A DNA stretch of 64,000 nt from contig CBDCDC010000002.1 of assembly GCA_965215195.1 (NCBI GenBank), positions 1,696,001 to 1,760,000 of the forward strand, given 5' to 3'. Shown here in pieces: positions 30,561 to 39,630 of the stretch (its first letter is position 1; each line of letters begins with the position of its first letter). The translations under genes were made by a program, and so were the position numbers. The notes under the pieces were generated by a model. It ran no database searches. It saw only the letters and a list, made by a program, of their open reading frames with translations, and was not told the DNA's origin. The stretch comes from Candidatus Latescibacterota bacterium. GTDB taxonomy: Bacteria > Latescibacterota > UBA2968 > UBA8231.

Positions 30561-32147
30561 TCACCGGACCAGCATCAACCGCCGCGTCCGCCTCTCCCCG
30601 CCGACCTTCAGCACGGCCCAATACGCCCCGCTGGCCGCGCGCTCACCGCTCCAGCGCACCAAGTGGTGCCCGGCCCCGAGCCGCTCCGCCACCAAAAGGG
30701 CCGTGCGCTGGCCCAAGGCATTGTATATGGCCAGTTCGACGTCCGCTTCTCTTGCCAAGCGAAAGGGCAAGTTCACCGCGCTGTTAGCTGGATTCGGATA
30801 AGCCAGTGCCAAGTCGCTGGCCCCGGCCCGTTCCTCTGCCGGCATGGCTACGACCGTGGGCGTAAAATACCGGGCCGCGAGGGCAAAATTCCCGCCCGTC
30901 GGCGAAGCTCTGCCGACGATGACCGTCGCGCTATCTACGTTCGCAGCCTGTACCTGCCCGGTGTTGTCCACGCTAAGTTCCATCGCGATCAGCTCGCCGC
31001 GCTGGTCGCGCATGGCATGCACCCACACGGCATAGTCCCCCTCGTCCGCGCCAGCGAAATCGACGACTACATCGCCCTCCGAGCGAATGACCACATTGGC
31101 CGCGCCCCATTGGTTGCCAACCTCTCCGGCCAGTTCCGCAAAAGGCATATCAGGAGCTGAAACTGCGGCGGCGCGGCGACCGCGCAGGGCCTCGTACCCA
31201 ACCGCGTAGTTGGCCGCGATCCACAAGCGCCAAGCCCCCGCGTAGTTCTCGACCCAGTTTTGGCTCTTGAACGCGTCGTCAATGCCCAAAATGCCGTTGC
31301 GCGGCTCGGCGACGATTTGGCGAATCAGCCCCGCACCGTAGCGCTCGGCCAAAAAAGAGGCGAACAAATAGGTCTTGCCGTAGCTGGCCGCCTCGAACAC
31401 CCAGTGCGTTAGATCGCGGCTGGGATCCGCGAGAAAACTCGGCACCATGCTCGGATCGGCCTCGGGGAACCCCACCAATTCCTCGGCGTACCCAGCAAGC
31501 CCTTCGTCGATCCACCGCTCCTCGTCGGCATCGCGGCCCCAATGGATGAGGTGCTGAAATTCGTGCGCTAAGGTTGCGTGGGCGAGATAGGCACTGAAAG
31601 CCACCTTGTTCGCGTCGAGGTAAATCGTATCGCGTCGGAGTTCGGGCTGCGCCCGCTCGTACAGCTCACCGTCGAAATAGCCGGCTACGCGCTCGTCGGG
31701 AATGTCCAAGAGCAGGATGAAGATGCGGGGATCGCCGTCCTCGTCAGTGGGTCCTCCAAAAGCATCGACCGCCATTGCAAATACTCCGCGCTCGGGATCG
31801 GCCGGGGTCGCCGCGTCAAAGAGCGCGCCCAGCTTATCCACATCCGGTTGGGCCGCGATGATGTCCCACTGGCTTTCCTCGACGAAGATATAGCAGTGCG
31901 TTCCCTTGTAGCGGCAGGTGGCCAACTTGAGCACGGGTTCGGTCCGCACGTAAAAGGCGAGCTGGGTTCCCACTTCAATGGGGCCTGTCTCTTGACTTGC
32001 GCCGACGGCCTTGGCGGCCGGCGCGGGGAAAGACGCACGGTGCTGCTTGAGCCAGTGCGTCCCGCATATCCGCTCTTCGGCTGCGGCCGCCAGCGGCAGC
32101 GAAAGCATCCACGCGACCAAGGCCACCCGCGGGAAAAAACAGGTCAT
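30561..32147 (-). CDS. Secreted zinc metallopeptidase (M30-like) with T9SS C-terminal sorting domain
   Basis: Signal peptide, LAHEFQHLIH..WIDEGLA; CTD YPNPAN..IYNALGQ..SGAY..RRLMLVR. Confidence 0.8.
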   Translation of the reverse strand: MTCFFPRVALVAWMLSLPLAAAAEERICGTHWLKQHRASFPAPAAKAVGASQETGPIEVGTQLAFYVRTEPVLKLATCRYKGTHCYIFVEESQWDIIAAQPDVDKLGALFDAATPADPERGVFAMAVDAFGGPTDEDGDPRIFILLLDIPDERVAGYFDGELYERAQPELRRDTIYLDANKVAFSAYLAHATLAHEFQHLIHWGRDADEERWIDEGLAGYAEELVGFPEADPSMVPSFLADPSRDLTHWVFEAASYGKTYLFASFLAERYGAGLIRQIVAEPRNGILGIDDAFKSQNWVENYAGAWRLWIAANYAVGYEALRGRRAAAVSAPDMPFAELAGEVGNQWGAANVVIRSEGDVVVDFAGADEGDYAVWVHAMRDQRGELIAMELSVDNTGQVQAANVDSATVIVGRASPTGGNFALAARYFTPTVVAMPAEERAGASDLALAYPNPANSAVNLPFRLAREADVELAIYNALGQRTALLVAERLGAGHHLVRWSGERAASGAYWAVLKVGGERRTRRLMLVR

Positions 32148-32752
32148 CAGTAGAAATGCCGCACCAAGAAGAAAGCCGCTCCCGCCGGCCCCACCGCCAC
32201 CTTGGGCGCGAAGCCGGTCTGAGCCTGGTCCGCGCTAGCCACGCGCGCCGCATGAATGGCGGCCACGAGGTGATTGACGACCACCAATCCCGTCATGTAG
32301 AGCGCCTGCCGGTGCGCGTGCTGGCTCGCATTGCGCAACGCTCGGTAGCGCTGGCGCGACTCGGCGCGATCCCATTCCCAGAAGAAGTCCGCTTTTACAG
32401 GATAGAGCTCGGCGTCTGGGCCATCCTCGTAGCGGGCGAACTGGTTGTGCTCCAGCCGGCTCGCGTAAAACCCCAAGTCGTCGAAATAGTCGCGCCCCTT
32501 GCCCTCGGGCCGCGCACCGGCGCGTTCCGCCGCATACGCCTGGTACTGATCGCGGCGCACCTCGCCCAGCCACTCAAAACCCCAATAGCTGCCCCAAAGC
32601 GCCAGCTCGGCCGCCAAGAAACCACCGCCGCCGCCTCGGGCGTATTTCTGCCCCCAACCAGGCACCAGCAAGGAGCGCCAAAACGCCCCTTGGGCCTTCC
32701 CGGCCTCAGCCACGCCGGGCAGCAACAAAATCAATGCAATCCACCGCCACAT
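32147..32752 (-). CDS. Hypothetical membrane/exported protein (DUF5683-like), paralog of 32757-33638
   Basis: RSLLVPGWGQKY and NHLVAAIHAARVA; TGATG overlap with the downstream gene. Confidence 0.7.
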   Translation of the reverse strand: MWRWIALILLLPGVAEAGKAQGAFWRSLLVPGWGQKYARGGGGGFLAAELALWGSYWGFEWLGEVRRDQYQAYAAERAGARPEGKGRDYFDDLGFYASRLEHNQFARYEDGPDAELYPVKADFFWEWDRAESRQRYRALRNASQHAHRQALYMTGLVVVNHLVAAIHAARVASADQAQTGFAPKVAVGPAGAAFFLVRHFY

Positions 32753-32756
32753 CAGC

Positions 32757-33638
32757 TCAATCCAACGGCTTGTACGCCACGAGCATGGGCACCCGCTGCA
32801 CGACCAACGCCAAGCGCGTCCGCCGCCGCAGGGCCGCTTCGTCGGCACCCGCAGCGCGCGCCTGCGCCACCCGCGCCGCGTCAATGGCACTGATAACGTG
32901 GTTGATCAGGATGACCCCGGTTACCGTGGAGGCTCGCTTGAGAAAGCGATTGCTGTCGTCGCGTTGGTCTTCGTAGCGGAGCCGTCGCTCGGAGTGGAAA
33001 TTTTCCACCGAATCGACTTCGGTCGGCGCAACGGCATTGCCGGTACTAACCCGCACTAGATCGGTCCAACCGGATGCAAATTGGTCGTATTTGCCAATCA
33101 GCTCGTAGTATTGCTGAATCTGGCTAGACGCGCACCCGCCAAAAGCCGCACTCCCCGACTGCTGCATGGCCGGAATGTACACTTCGACGACCTCGCTACT
33201 GCAAGGCAGCGCGTGCGTGATCGACGAATTGTTCGAGATCGTCGAGCCGCGCCAAGCCAAGTAGTTGAGCGGATCCCAGTGTTCGTCGGCCACGGCCCGG
33301 AACTCTTCCTCCAAGTCGTTGCCCTTGCCCTTCCACGCCGCCCATAAGCCCACCAGCGCAGCTTCGGCCCCGAAGAAAGCCAGCCCCCGCTTCTTTGACC
33401 CCGCGTACCACTCGCCCAACCCCGGCACCAGCGCGGAAAGCAAAAACGCCCGCTTCGACGACTTGCCCTTGCGCGTCTCTGTGCGCGGCATCGGCTCGGG
33501 ATCAGCACCGCCTTCCACCGCCCGCAACCCCACCAAGAACGCCTGTCCCTCCTCGCTCAAAATACTCGGCAATCCCTCGGCCCGGACGCTGGCGGCAGTT
33601 AGCGCGGCAACCACCAGCGCGATTCCTGTCCTCGTCAT
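32757..33638 (-). CDS. Hypothetical membrane/exported protein (DUF5683-like)
   Basis: AAAGGAG RBS; LSALVPGLGEWY, QQYYELIGKYDQF, NHVISAIDAARVA. Confidence 0.75.
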   Translation of the reverse strand: MTRTGIALVVAALTAASVRAEGLPSILSEEGQAFLVGLRAVEGGADPEPMPRTETRKGKSSKRAFLLSALVPGLGEWYAGSKKRGLAFFGAEAALVGLWAAWKGKGNDLEEEFRAVADEHWDPLNYLAWRGSTISNNSSITHALPCSSEVVEVYIPAMQQSGSAAFGGCASSQIQQYYELIGKYDQFASGWTDLVRVSTGNAVAPTEVDSVENFHSERRLRYEDQRDDSNRFLKRASTVTGVILINHVISAIDAARVAQARAAGADEAALRRRTRLALVVQRVPMLVAYKPLD

Positions 33639-33675
33639 GCTTACTCCTTTCTATCTCCGTTGCAATCTACAACTA

Positions 33676-34644
33676 TCACCTAAATGCCAGCACCACGTAA
33701 GGCGGACAAGCCCCTGTGCCTGTCCGGGAAGGGGGATTTCTAGTCGCCTTCGCATTAAAAGTCCAATCGCGTCGCCGCCCATCGTTCAAGCACTCCACCA
33801 AAGCCGGCGAAAGATAGAGAGATTCGACGGTCTCGCGCTTGTCGCCCAAGAGCGTGGCTTGGCTCGAGCGGCCGGCGCGAATGTGCAAGTGAGCGAGGGA
33901 AAGCGAGCGGGGAAGCGGCTTGCCGTGACTCTTTTCGCCGGTTTTCCCGTCGTAACTCGCCATGTACGAAAGTCCCCGGTCGTTCATGGCTTGCAGCGCG
34001 TCTGCGAACTCGGCATAGCTCAGCCCGCTACAATACCTGTGATCTCGCGTGAAGGACGTGCCCTGATAGGGCGGATCCAAGTAAATGAGATCTTCTTTCG
34101 CGGCCTCTGCGATCACTTCGCGGAAATCTACTGCGGAGAGCGTGGTTTTTCCGGCGAGCAGCGCGTGGACGCCGAGTATCTGGCGCTGCATGAGTATGGG
34201 CCGCATGCCCGCTCGCCGGTTGTCGGCACTTTGGTTGAACGCCCCCTCGGCACTGTACCGCACCGAGCCTTTCACGATTCGCGCCAGCAAATAGAGCAAG
34301 TGATGCGGCTGGTGGGCAGCATTGAATTTGTCGCGGATGCCGCGGAAGAAGGCCCTTTTGTCCGAGTGCTGTTCCGTCCACAGCCGCTCGTAGCGTTTGC
34401 TTAGCTCATTGGGCCGCTGCAAAATTTCTTCCCACAGCACCATCAAAGGTTCGTTCAAGTCATTGAGCCAAAATCGCTTTGCGAGTCGGTGCGCGGCCGC
34501 GGCAATAGAAAGGGCACCAGACCCGCAAAAAGGCTCGATGAGGCAATCGACATCGCGCGGAAAATGCGCGAGGATGTGCCGTGCAATACCGCGCTTACTA
34601 CCCTGATAGGGGAAGGGATGCGGAATTGCCATGCGATTCAACAT
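33676..34644 (-). CDS. Dam-like (D12 class) N6-adenine DNA methyltransferase
   Basis: PYQGSKR, IEPFCGSGA (motif I), LNDLN, IYLDPPY (motif IV). Confidence 0.9.
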   Translation of the reverse strand: MLNRMAIPHPFPYQGSKRGIARHILAHFPRDVDCLIEPFCGSGALSIAAAAHRLAKRFWLNDLNEPLMVLWEEILQRPNELSKRYERLWTEQHSDKRAFFRGIRDKFNAAHQPHHLLYLLARIVKGSVRYSAEGAFNQSADNRRAGMRPILMQRQILGVHALLAGKTTLSAVDFREVIAEAAKEDLIYLDPPYQGTSFTRDHRYCSGLSYAEFADALQAMNDRGLSYMASYDGKTGEKSHGKPLPRSLSLAHLHIRAGRSSQATLLGDKRETVESLYLSPALVECLNDGRRRDWTFNAKATRNPPSRTGTGACPPYVVLAFR

Positions 34645-34646
34645 CG

Positions 34647-35918
34647 CTACCGCCTCTGCATCACGACAATGCGGTTTGAATTGGTTCCGCGCTCGTTGTT
34701 GTCAACGCCCCACATGTTCGAGGTCTTGGTAAAGGTCTGTTCGTTGATTACCACGCAAACCGGTTCCCACGCCGTCTCTTGTGCAACCTCGGCGACCACG
34801 CGGTCGAGCAACAGCGATCCCCGGCGGATTTCGCCCACCTCAAATGCAAACACTCCGCCGGGGCGCGCAATCGCGGCCACGTTTTGCAACACGCCGCACA
34901 CCAGCACCTTCCACTCGGCGAGCTTGCGCGTCTGCGTGATGCGAATTGCCGTGGGATCGACGCCAGCGAACCAACAGCGCATCCAGTTGTCCTGTTTGTA
35001 GTTCACAATGTCCATGAAGGGCGGCGAGGTCACCGCGAGCGCAACCGGAGGGCCGCCGTACTCAAAGGGCGCATCGGCCGCTTGTTGAAAAAACCCCCGG
35101 CTGCGCCCCTTGGGTGCCTGCGCCTCAGCATCTCGCAAAAGCGCACGCGTCTTGCGCAGGATCAACTGCGCGACATCGCGGTACTCGGGCCGCTGGCCGC
35201 GCTGCGCGTTGATCTTGCGCTGGCTCTCAATGGACGCGGCCTGATTGGGCGGCAGCGTATAGACCGAGAAAAACCCCTTGGAATGTCCGGTCAGACGATT
35301 GATGGCCACCATCTGTATCCAGCGATCGACCTTGTCGGCGCACCCAGCGTCGCGGCGCTCGGCCAAATAGGTGCGCAGCCAACAGATCTGATTGAGCGTC
35401 CGCTCGTCAAAAAACACCTCAAAGCCTGCGGGCCGCTCCGTTGGTTCGTCCAACGCCAAGCATTCGAGCCGTGCGGCCACCTCGGGTAGGGTCGGCGGGT
35501 CCAACCGCGCCTCCACGAGAACGCGGGACAGGGGATTGACGTCGTTGCCCAGGGCATCCCGGCCGAGCAAGGCCGCTTCGAGCAACGTCGTCCCGCGCCC
35601 CATAAACGGATCGAACACCACGTCCCCGGGGTCCGTCAGCCGCTCGATGAAAAAGCGCGGCAACTGCGGCTTAAAACACGCCCGATAGGAAATCTCGTGC
35701 AGGGAGTGCGCGGCGCGCTGCTTGGACGTCCAGAACTCATTGGCGAATACCGGGATGCCATCGCGTTCTTCGACGACCGTTTCCCTGCCAAACTCCCGCC
35801 ATTGTTCAAGCTCGCATTTGAACTCGTCGAGGGTCAGACGGCGTTTGCACTCGCTAGCAGTCTGCTGATCGTGGTCGTCAAAAGGAAGACGTGCTTGCAC
35901 ACTCTCTTGCACACTCAA
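34647..35918 (-). CDS. Amino (N4-C/N6-A) DNA methyltransferase
   Basis: HEISYRACFKPQLP, VFDPFMGRGTT (motif I), VTSPPF (motif IV). Confidence 0.88.
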   Translation of the reverse strand: MSVQESVQARLPFDDHDQQTASECKRRLTLDEFKCELEQWREFGRETVVEERDGIPVFANEFWTSKQRAAHSLHEISYRACFKPQLPRFFIERLTDPGDVVFDPFMGRGTTLLEAALLGRDALGNDVNPLSRVLVEARLDPPTLPEVAARLECLALDEPTERPAGFEVFFDERTLNQICWLRTYLAERRDAGCADKVDRWIQMVAINRLTGHSKGFFSVYTLPPNQAASIESQRKINAQRGQRPEYRDVAQLILRKTRALLRDAEAQAPKGRSRGFFQQAADAPFEYGGPPVALAVTSPPFMDIVNYKQDNWMRCWFAGVDPTAIRITQTRKLAEWKVLVCGVLQNVAAIARPGGVFAFEVGEIRRGSLLLDRVVAEVAQETAWEPVCVVINEQTFTKTSNMWGVDNNERGTNSNRIVVMQRR

Positions 35919-36394
35919 GCTCCCAACAATTTGAGCACCTTAGAGCGAGACACCTTTGTTCCGGCACCAAGCATTCCCCGCTCATACCAATAGCGAACTG
36001 TCGTCTCGGAGATCTTCCACACGCGGATCCTAGGGAATTCCACAACGTCGCTGACGATGTACCCTCTGATTTCGCGCAACTTGTGCATGAACCCCTCCTC
36101 GTCGAACTTGCGCCCCGAACCGACCATGTAACTGGGACAGAAATATACGCCCCCGCCCGTGATGGACCGCACTTCCCATTTTTGGCCATTCTCGTCGATT
36201 AAATCAAAGCCCGCACCTTCACTTGGTGAAAGAGTGCCTTTCACGATCTCGTGACAGATGCGTCGTTCAAGGATGAATGAAACGCGACGTCCGTCGGTGA
36301 AATATTCTCGTACTTCGCTTTGGGTAAGGTGCAAGGATTGGGCGACACTCTCCAAATCCCACTCCAAGACGCCTACTCGCTCAATCTCAGTCAT
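35915..36394 (-). CDS. Hypothetical protein, putative PD-(D/E)XK-like endonuclease
   Basis: GGAG RBS before ATG 36394; E..GFDLID..WEVRS pattern; GTGA-coupled to the MTase. Confidence 0.6.
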   Translation of the reverse strand: MTEIERVGVLEWDLESVAQSLHLTQSEVREYFTDGRRVSFILERRICHEIVKGTLSPSEGAGFDLIDENGQKWEVRSITGGGVYFCPSYMVGSGRKFDEEGFMHKLREIRGYIVSDVVEFPRIRVWKISETTVRYWYERGMLGAGTKVSRSKVLKLLGA

Positions 36395-36428
36395 GTAAAT
36401 TTCTCCAATCCCATACAACAGTGCGTCC

Positions 36429-39400
36429 CTACAAATACCCAAACAACACCGTAAAATAAGACTTCCACCGCCTCCTATCTTGCACCTCGTCAATCCCATA
36501 CGCCACATCCACCTGCACCCGCGTCGGCACGCTGTAATAAGAAATCAAATCCAAGCGCAACTGGCCCCCCACATCCCGCAGCGGGCCGTCGCGTCCATAC
36601 CGTTCGTTCCACTCGCCTATCGTCCGGTCCCAAGCCTTGCCCATGCTGGCGTACACCGCGCCATACACTTTGTCGAAATACAGCTGGGCAACGCGCTTGC
36701 CCATATCCGGCAGCAGGGGAAAGCGCAGCGTGGCCGTGCCCATCAGGGCCTTGCGCCCCTCAATGCTGTAAAAAGTATAGCCCTTCATAAAGTTGAGACC
36801 GCCGAGTCGGTAGTCGAAGAAATCGCCGACCCGCGTCGTGTCGGCGACCGCGTCGCTGTCGATCCAGCCGCCGTACAGCCGCAGGCCCAAGCGGGTATTG
36901 CCGGGCATGCCCATGTATTCTCTCCAATCGACGGTAAACTGGTTGTAAAAGAGCTTGATGTACTCCTCGTCGATAAAGGACGCCTGCTCGTTAAAGCCGT
37001 CGATGAAATAGTTGAACATCCGGTCGTAGCGCACGTAGAGCTGGCGGCCCATAGGGCTTATATCGCGGTCTCGCCGCCGCGCAATCAGCTCCATCCGATA
37101 GGCCAGCCCCAAGCCAAAGCCATTGAGATAGGTATAACCGAAGGGCCTTTGCCGCTGGCGCTCAAAGCCGAGGCCGCCGTCTCGGCGCGGGACAAAAGCC
37201 TCCCATTGGACGCTGGCATCGTAGCGTTCATACGTGGCCGAGGCCGTCAATTCCCCATGGCGACCCAATTTGCCGCGCACCCCTGCGTTGAGCTGGCTCA
37301 AGTTGTAGTTGATGGCGTTGACAATGCCCGCCCGCGCCGCCGAGCTATCGCCGCGCGCAGAACGCCGGCGCTGGTTAAATAGCTCTAAAAAGAAGGTGGG
37401 GCGGAATCCCTTGAACTCGTATAGGGCGAACAGATCGCGGTCGGCATTGGCCGGCGCGATGGCACCCCCGACGAATACGCTCTGGCGATTGAGCACATCG
37501 CCGGCAGTGAGGTACGCGCCCGCCTTGAAATGCCCCTCGTCCATGAACAGCCTCGGCAGGATCCCGGTCTTGAGGAAGTCAATGCCATACGCTTGGGGCG
37601 CGTCTGGCAAAGCGGGCGCAGGAGTTCCGCGCCAATTTAGCGGCACATCTTGGGAAAACCACGCCTCTTCAGCCGCAACCAGCGTCCCCTCGTCCTGCAA
37701 CTGGCGAATCTCAAAGCCGGCCGCCGTATAAGCCGCAAAGACGACCTCGCCTTCCGGGCCAATCGACGGGCTGAACGCGCCGCCGATGGTGTTGGTTATC
37801 TGCCGCAGCGCGAGCGTTTTCAAGCTGAGGGCATAGATGTTGAAAATGCCGCTGAAATCCGACGCAAAGACGATCGCCTCGCCATCCGCGCTCCAGACGG
37901 GGTCGCGGTCCGTGCCGGGCGTAGCGATTACCTGCCCAAGTTGCCCTATGGTATCACCGCCCCCCGCGTCCAACTCCACCACGGCAATGTCGCGCTGGCC
38001 CGCGCGCGCGATCGCAAACGCCAGTTTGCGTCCGTCGGGCGAAAAGCGCGGCGTGTAGATCTGGGTGCCGTCCGCGAAATGGGTCAAATAGCGCAGGTCC
38101 GTGCCGTCGGTGCGCATCATCGCCAAGTTGTTGCTAGTGCCCTTGTTTTGCACGAAGGCGATCCACTCGCCAGCCGGCGAATAGGTCGGGTACAGCGCGC
38201 GCAGCCCGCGCGTTAGCCGCTTGACGCGCGGCGTCTCCGGTGCCGTGCCGCTGACCATGGCCGGCACCAACCACAGCATATTGCGCCAAAAACTAGGGCC
38301 GGCCGCAGCCGAATCCCACTCGTAGATATCCGCCTGCCGCGAACCGTATTTGTCCGCCCGGTCAATGCGCGAAAAGAGCAGCTTGCGCCCGTCCGGCGAC
38401 CAATCCACGGTCGAAGCGGACGCCGGGAAGGCCGCGACTTCCTCCGCGCCGGTAGCGAGGTCGCGCACGATCAAACCGTGCGGGTAGTGATGCCGCTTGC
38501 GCGTTGACAGATACGCCAATTTCTCGCCGTTGGGCGCCAGCCGCGGCCGCATATTGGAAAAGCCAACATCCGCGATCGGCTCGCCCTCGCGCAGCGGCCC
38601 CAAGGCCGCTACCTGCGCCCGATAGCCCTGCCGCAGGGACGCGATCCACTCGCCGTACAGCTCGTCCGCGCTCTTGCCCAAGACCTTTTTGCACACTCCG
38701 TCAATGGCGAGGGTATGCCACTGCGATGCAGCCCGGTACAGCTCGGCGATCTTTTCTTCGCCGTACGTCTCGGCGATGTAGCGCACCAAGCCAAAGCCGT
38801 GATCGTACACGTATTCGTTGCCAAAGCCCTGCTTGCCAAAGACGCCCATCCGGTCGAAGGATAGCTGCTCGTCCGCCAGCACTAAGGAGCGGAGCACCAT
38901 GTCGCGGTTGGCATCCCAGCGGTCGTGTTGCGTCGTCGAAGTTCCGTATTGGGCCGCGCCCTCGGCCAGCCACATGGGCACCACTGTGCCCATCACCGGA
39001 TAGGAAGCCAGGACGTCTGGATAGCCGATGAGAATGTCCGGCCGGTTCTTTTCTCGCTGGTAGCCAAAGTACTGCAAGTAGAGCGCCGGGACGCGCTGTA
39101 CGCCTTTGCGCGCAGCACCCAGCGAAATGATGTGGGCAAATTCGTGGGTTATTACGTTGCGCAGCCAGTCTGAACTGCCGCGCAAGTCAAAGTCGTGGTC
39201 GAGCGATGTAGCCCAGATTTCAATGGTGTCTTGATAAAAAAAAGCCGCGCCATTGGCGTAATCGTCGTGGTCTTTGAGCACGATCCGCACCCGCCCGTCG
39301 GGCGCGTACCCATACAGCTTGGTAATGGGCGCGTACGCGGCTTCGGCAATGCGCGCCGCCCGCGCCGCCGCCCCGGCCAAGCCCTCGTGGTAGAAGATGC

Positions 39401-39530
39401 GGAAGTGCTCGGTCTCCACCACCTGCCACGCCAGCTCCGGGTGGTTTTGGGCGTGGGACGCGCTCGTCCAGCCGAGCAGCAGACAAAATGCGACAAGGCC
39501 GGCCAGCAGCAGGGTCGTCCGTTTCCTCAT
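36429..39530 (-). CDS. Large exported protein: HEXXH peptidase-like domain, PD40/TolB-like propeller, BamA-like C-terminal barrel
   Basis: Signal peptide; VITHEFAHI..WLAEG; WSPDGRKL, PRFSPDGRKL, PVWSADG repeats; YRLGG..MKGY and aromatic C-terminus. Confidence 0.75.
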   Translation of the reverse strand: MRKRTTLLLAGLVAFCLLLGWTSASHAQNHPELAWQVVETEHFRIFYHEGLAGAAARAARIAEAAYAPITKLYGYAPDGRVRIVLKDHDDYANGAAFFYQDTIEIWATSLDHDFDLRGSSDWLRNVITHEFAHIISLGAARKGVQRVPALYLQYFGYQREKNRPDILIGYPDVLASYPVMGTVVPMWLAEGAAQYGTSTTQHDRWDANRDMVLRSLVLADEQLSFDRMGVFGKQGFGNEYVYDHGFGLVRYIAETYGEEKIAELYRAASQWHTLAIDGVCKKVLGKSADELYGEWIASLRQGYRAQVAALGPLREGEPIADVGFSNMRPRLAPNGEKLAYLSTRKRHHYPHGLIVRDLATGAEEVAAFPASASTVDWSPDGRKLLFSRIDRADKYGSRQADIYEWDSAAAGPSFWRNMLWLVPAMVSGTAPETPRVKRLTRGLRALYPTYSPAGEWIAFVQNKGTSNNLAMMRTDGTDLRYLTHFADGTQIYTPRFSPDGRKLAFAIARAGQRDIAVVELDAGGGDTIGQLGQVIATPGTDRDPVWSADGEAIVFASDFSGIFNIYALSLKTLALRQITNTIGGAFSPSIGPEGEVVFAAYTAAGFEIRQLQDEGTLVAAEEAWFSQDVPLNWRGTPAPALPDAPQAYGIDFLKTGILPRLFMDEGHFKAGAYLTAGDVLNRQSVFVGGAIAPANADRDLFALYEFKGFRPTFFLELFNQRRRSARGDSSAARAGIVNAINYNLSQLNAGVRGKLGRHGELTASATYERYDASVQWEAFVPRRDGGLGFERQRQRPFGYTYLNGFGLGLAYRMELIARRRDRDISPMGRQLYVRYDRMFNYFIDGFNEQASFIDEEYIKLFYNQFTVDWREYMGMPGNTRLGLRLYGGWIDSDAVADTTRVGDFFDYRLGGLNFMKGYTFYSIEGRKALMGTATLRFPLLPDMGKRVAQLYFDKVYGAVYASMGKAWDRTIGEWNERYGRDGPLRDVGGQLRLDLISYYSVPTRVQVDVAYGIDEVQDRRRWKSYFTVLFGYL

Positions 39531-39609
39531 AAGAGTCCTCCTCAGCTCAAAATAAAATGAGGCCTGTTAGTACTAAGGCGATCTCACTGCTGCAAAGGCA
39601 CTCCTCTCG
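39495..39609 (-). repeat. Duplicated upstream region + RBS + first 12 codons (copy 1)
   Basis: 41-bp core 39569-39609 is 40/41 identical to 43507-43547; RBS and N-terminal codons also shared. Confidence 0.9.
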
Positions 39610-39630
39610 ACCAGACAAAACGCCAACCCC

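Noticed and set aside
27540-31842. Two perfect DnaA boxes (TGTGGATAA at 27540, TTATCCACA near 31834)
   Set aside because: Isolated and inside coding regions; no cluster or AT-rich unwinding element, so not oriC.
33265-34404. 379-aa plus-strand ORF (likewise 56764-58008 minus and 17472-18569 plus)
   Set aside because: Antisense shadows of well-supported genes, expected in GC-rich DNA.
39569-39609. Sigma54 promoter within the duplicated leader
   Set aside because: GG-to-GC spacing is 9 nt rather than the required 10.
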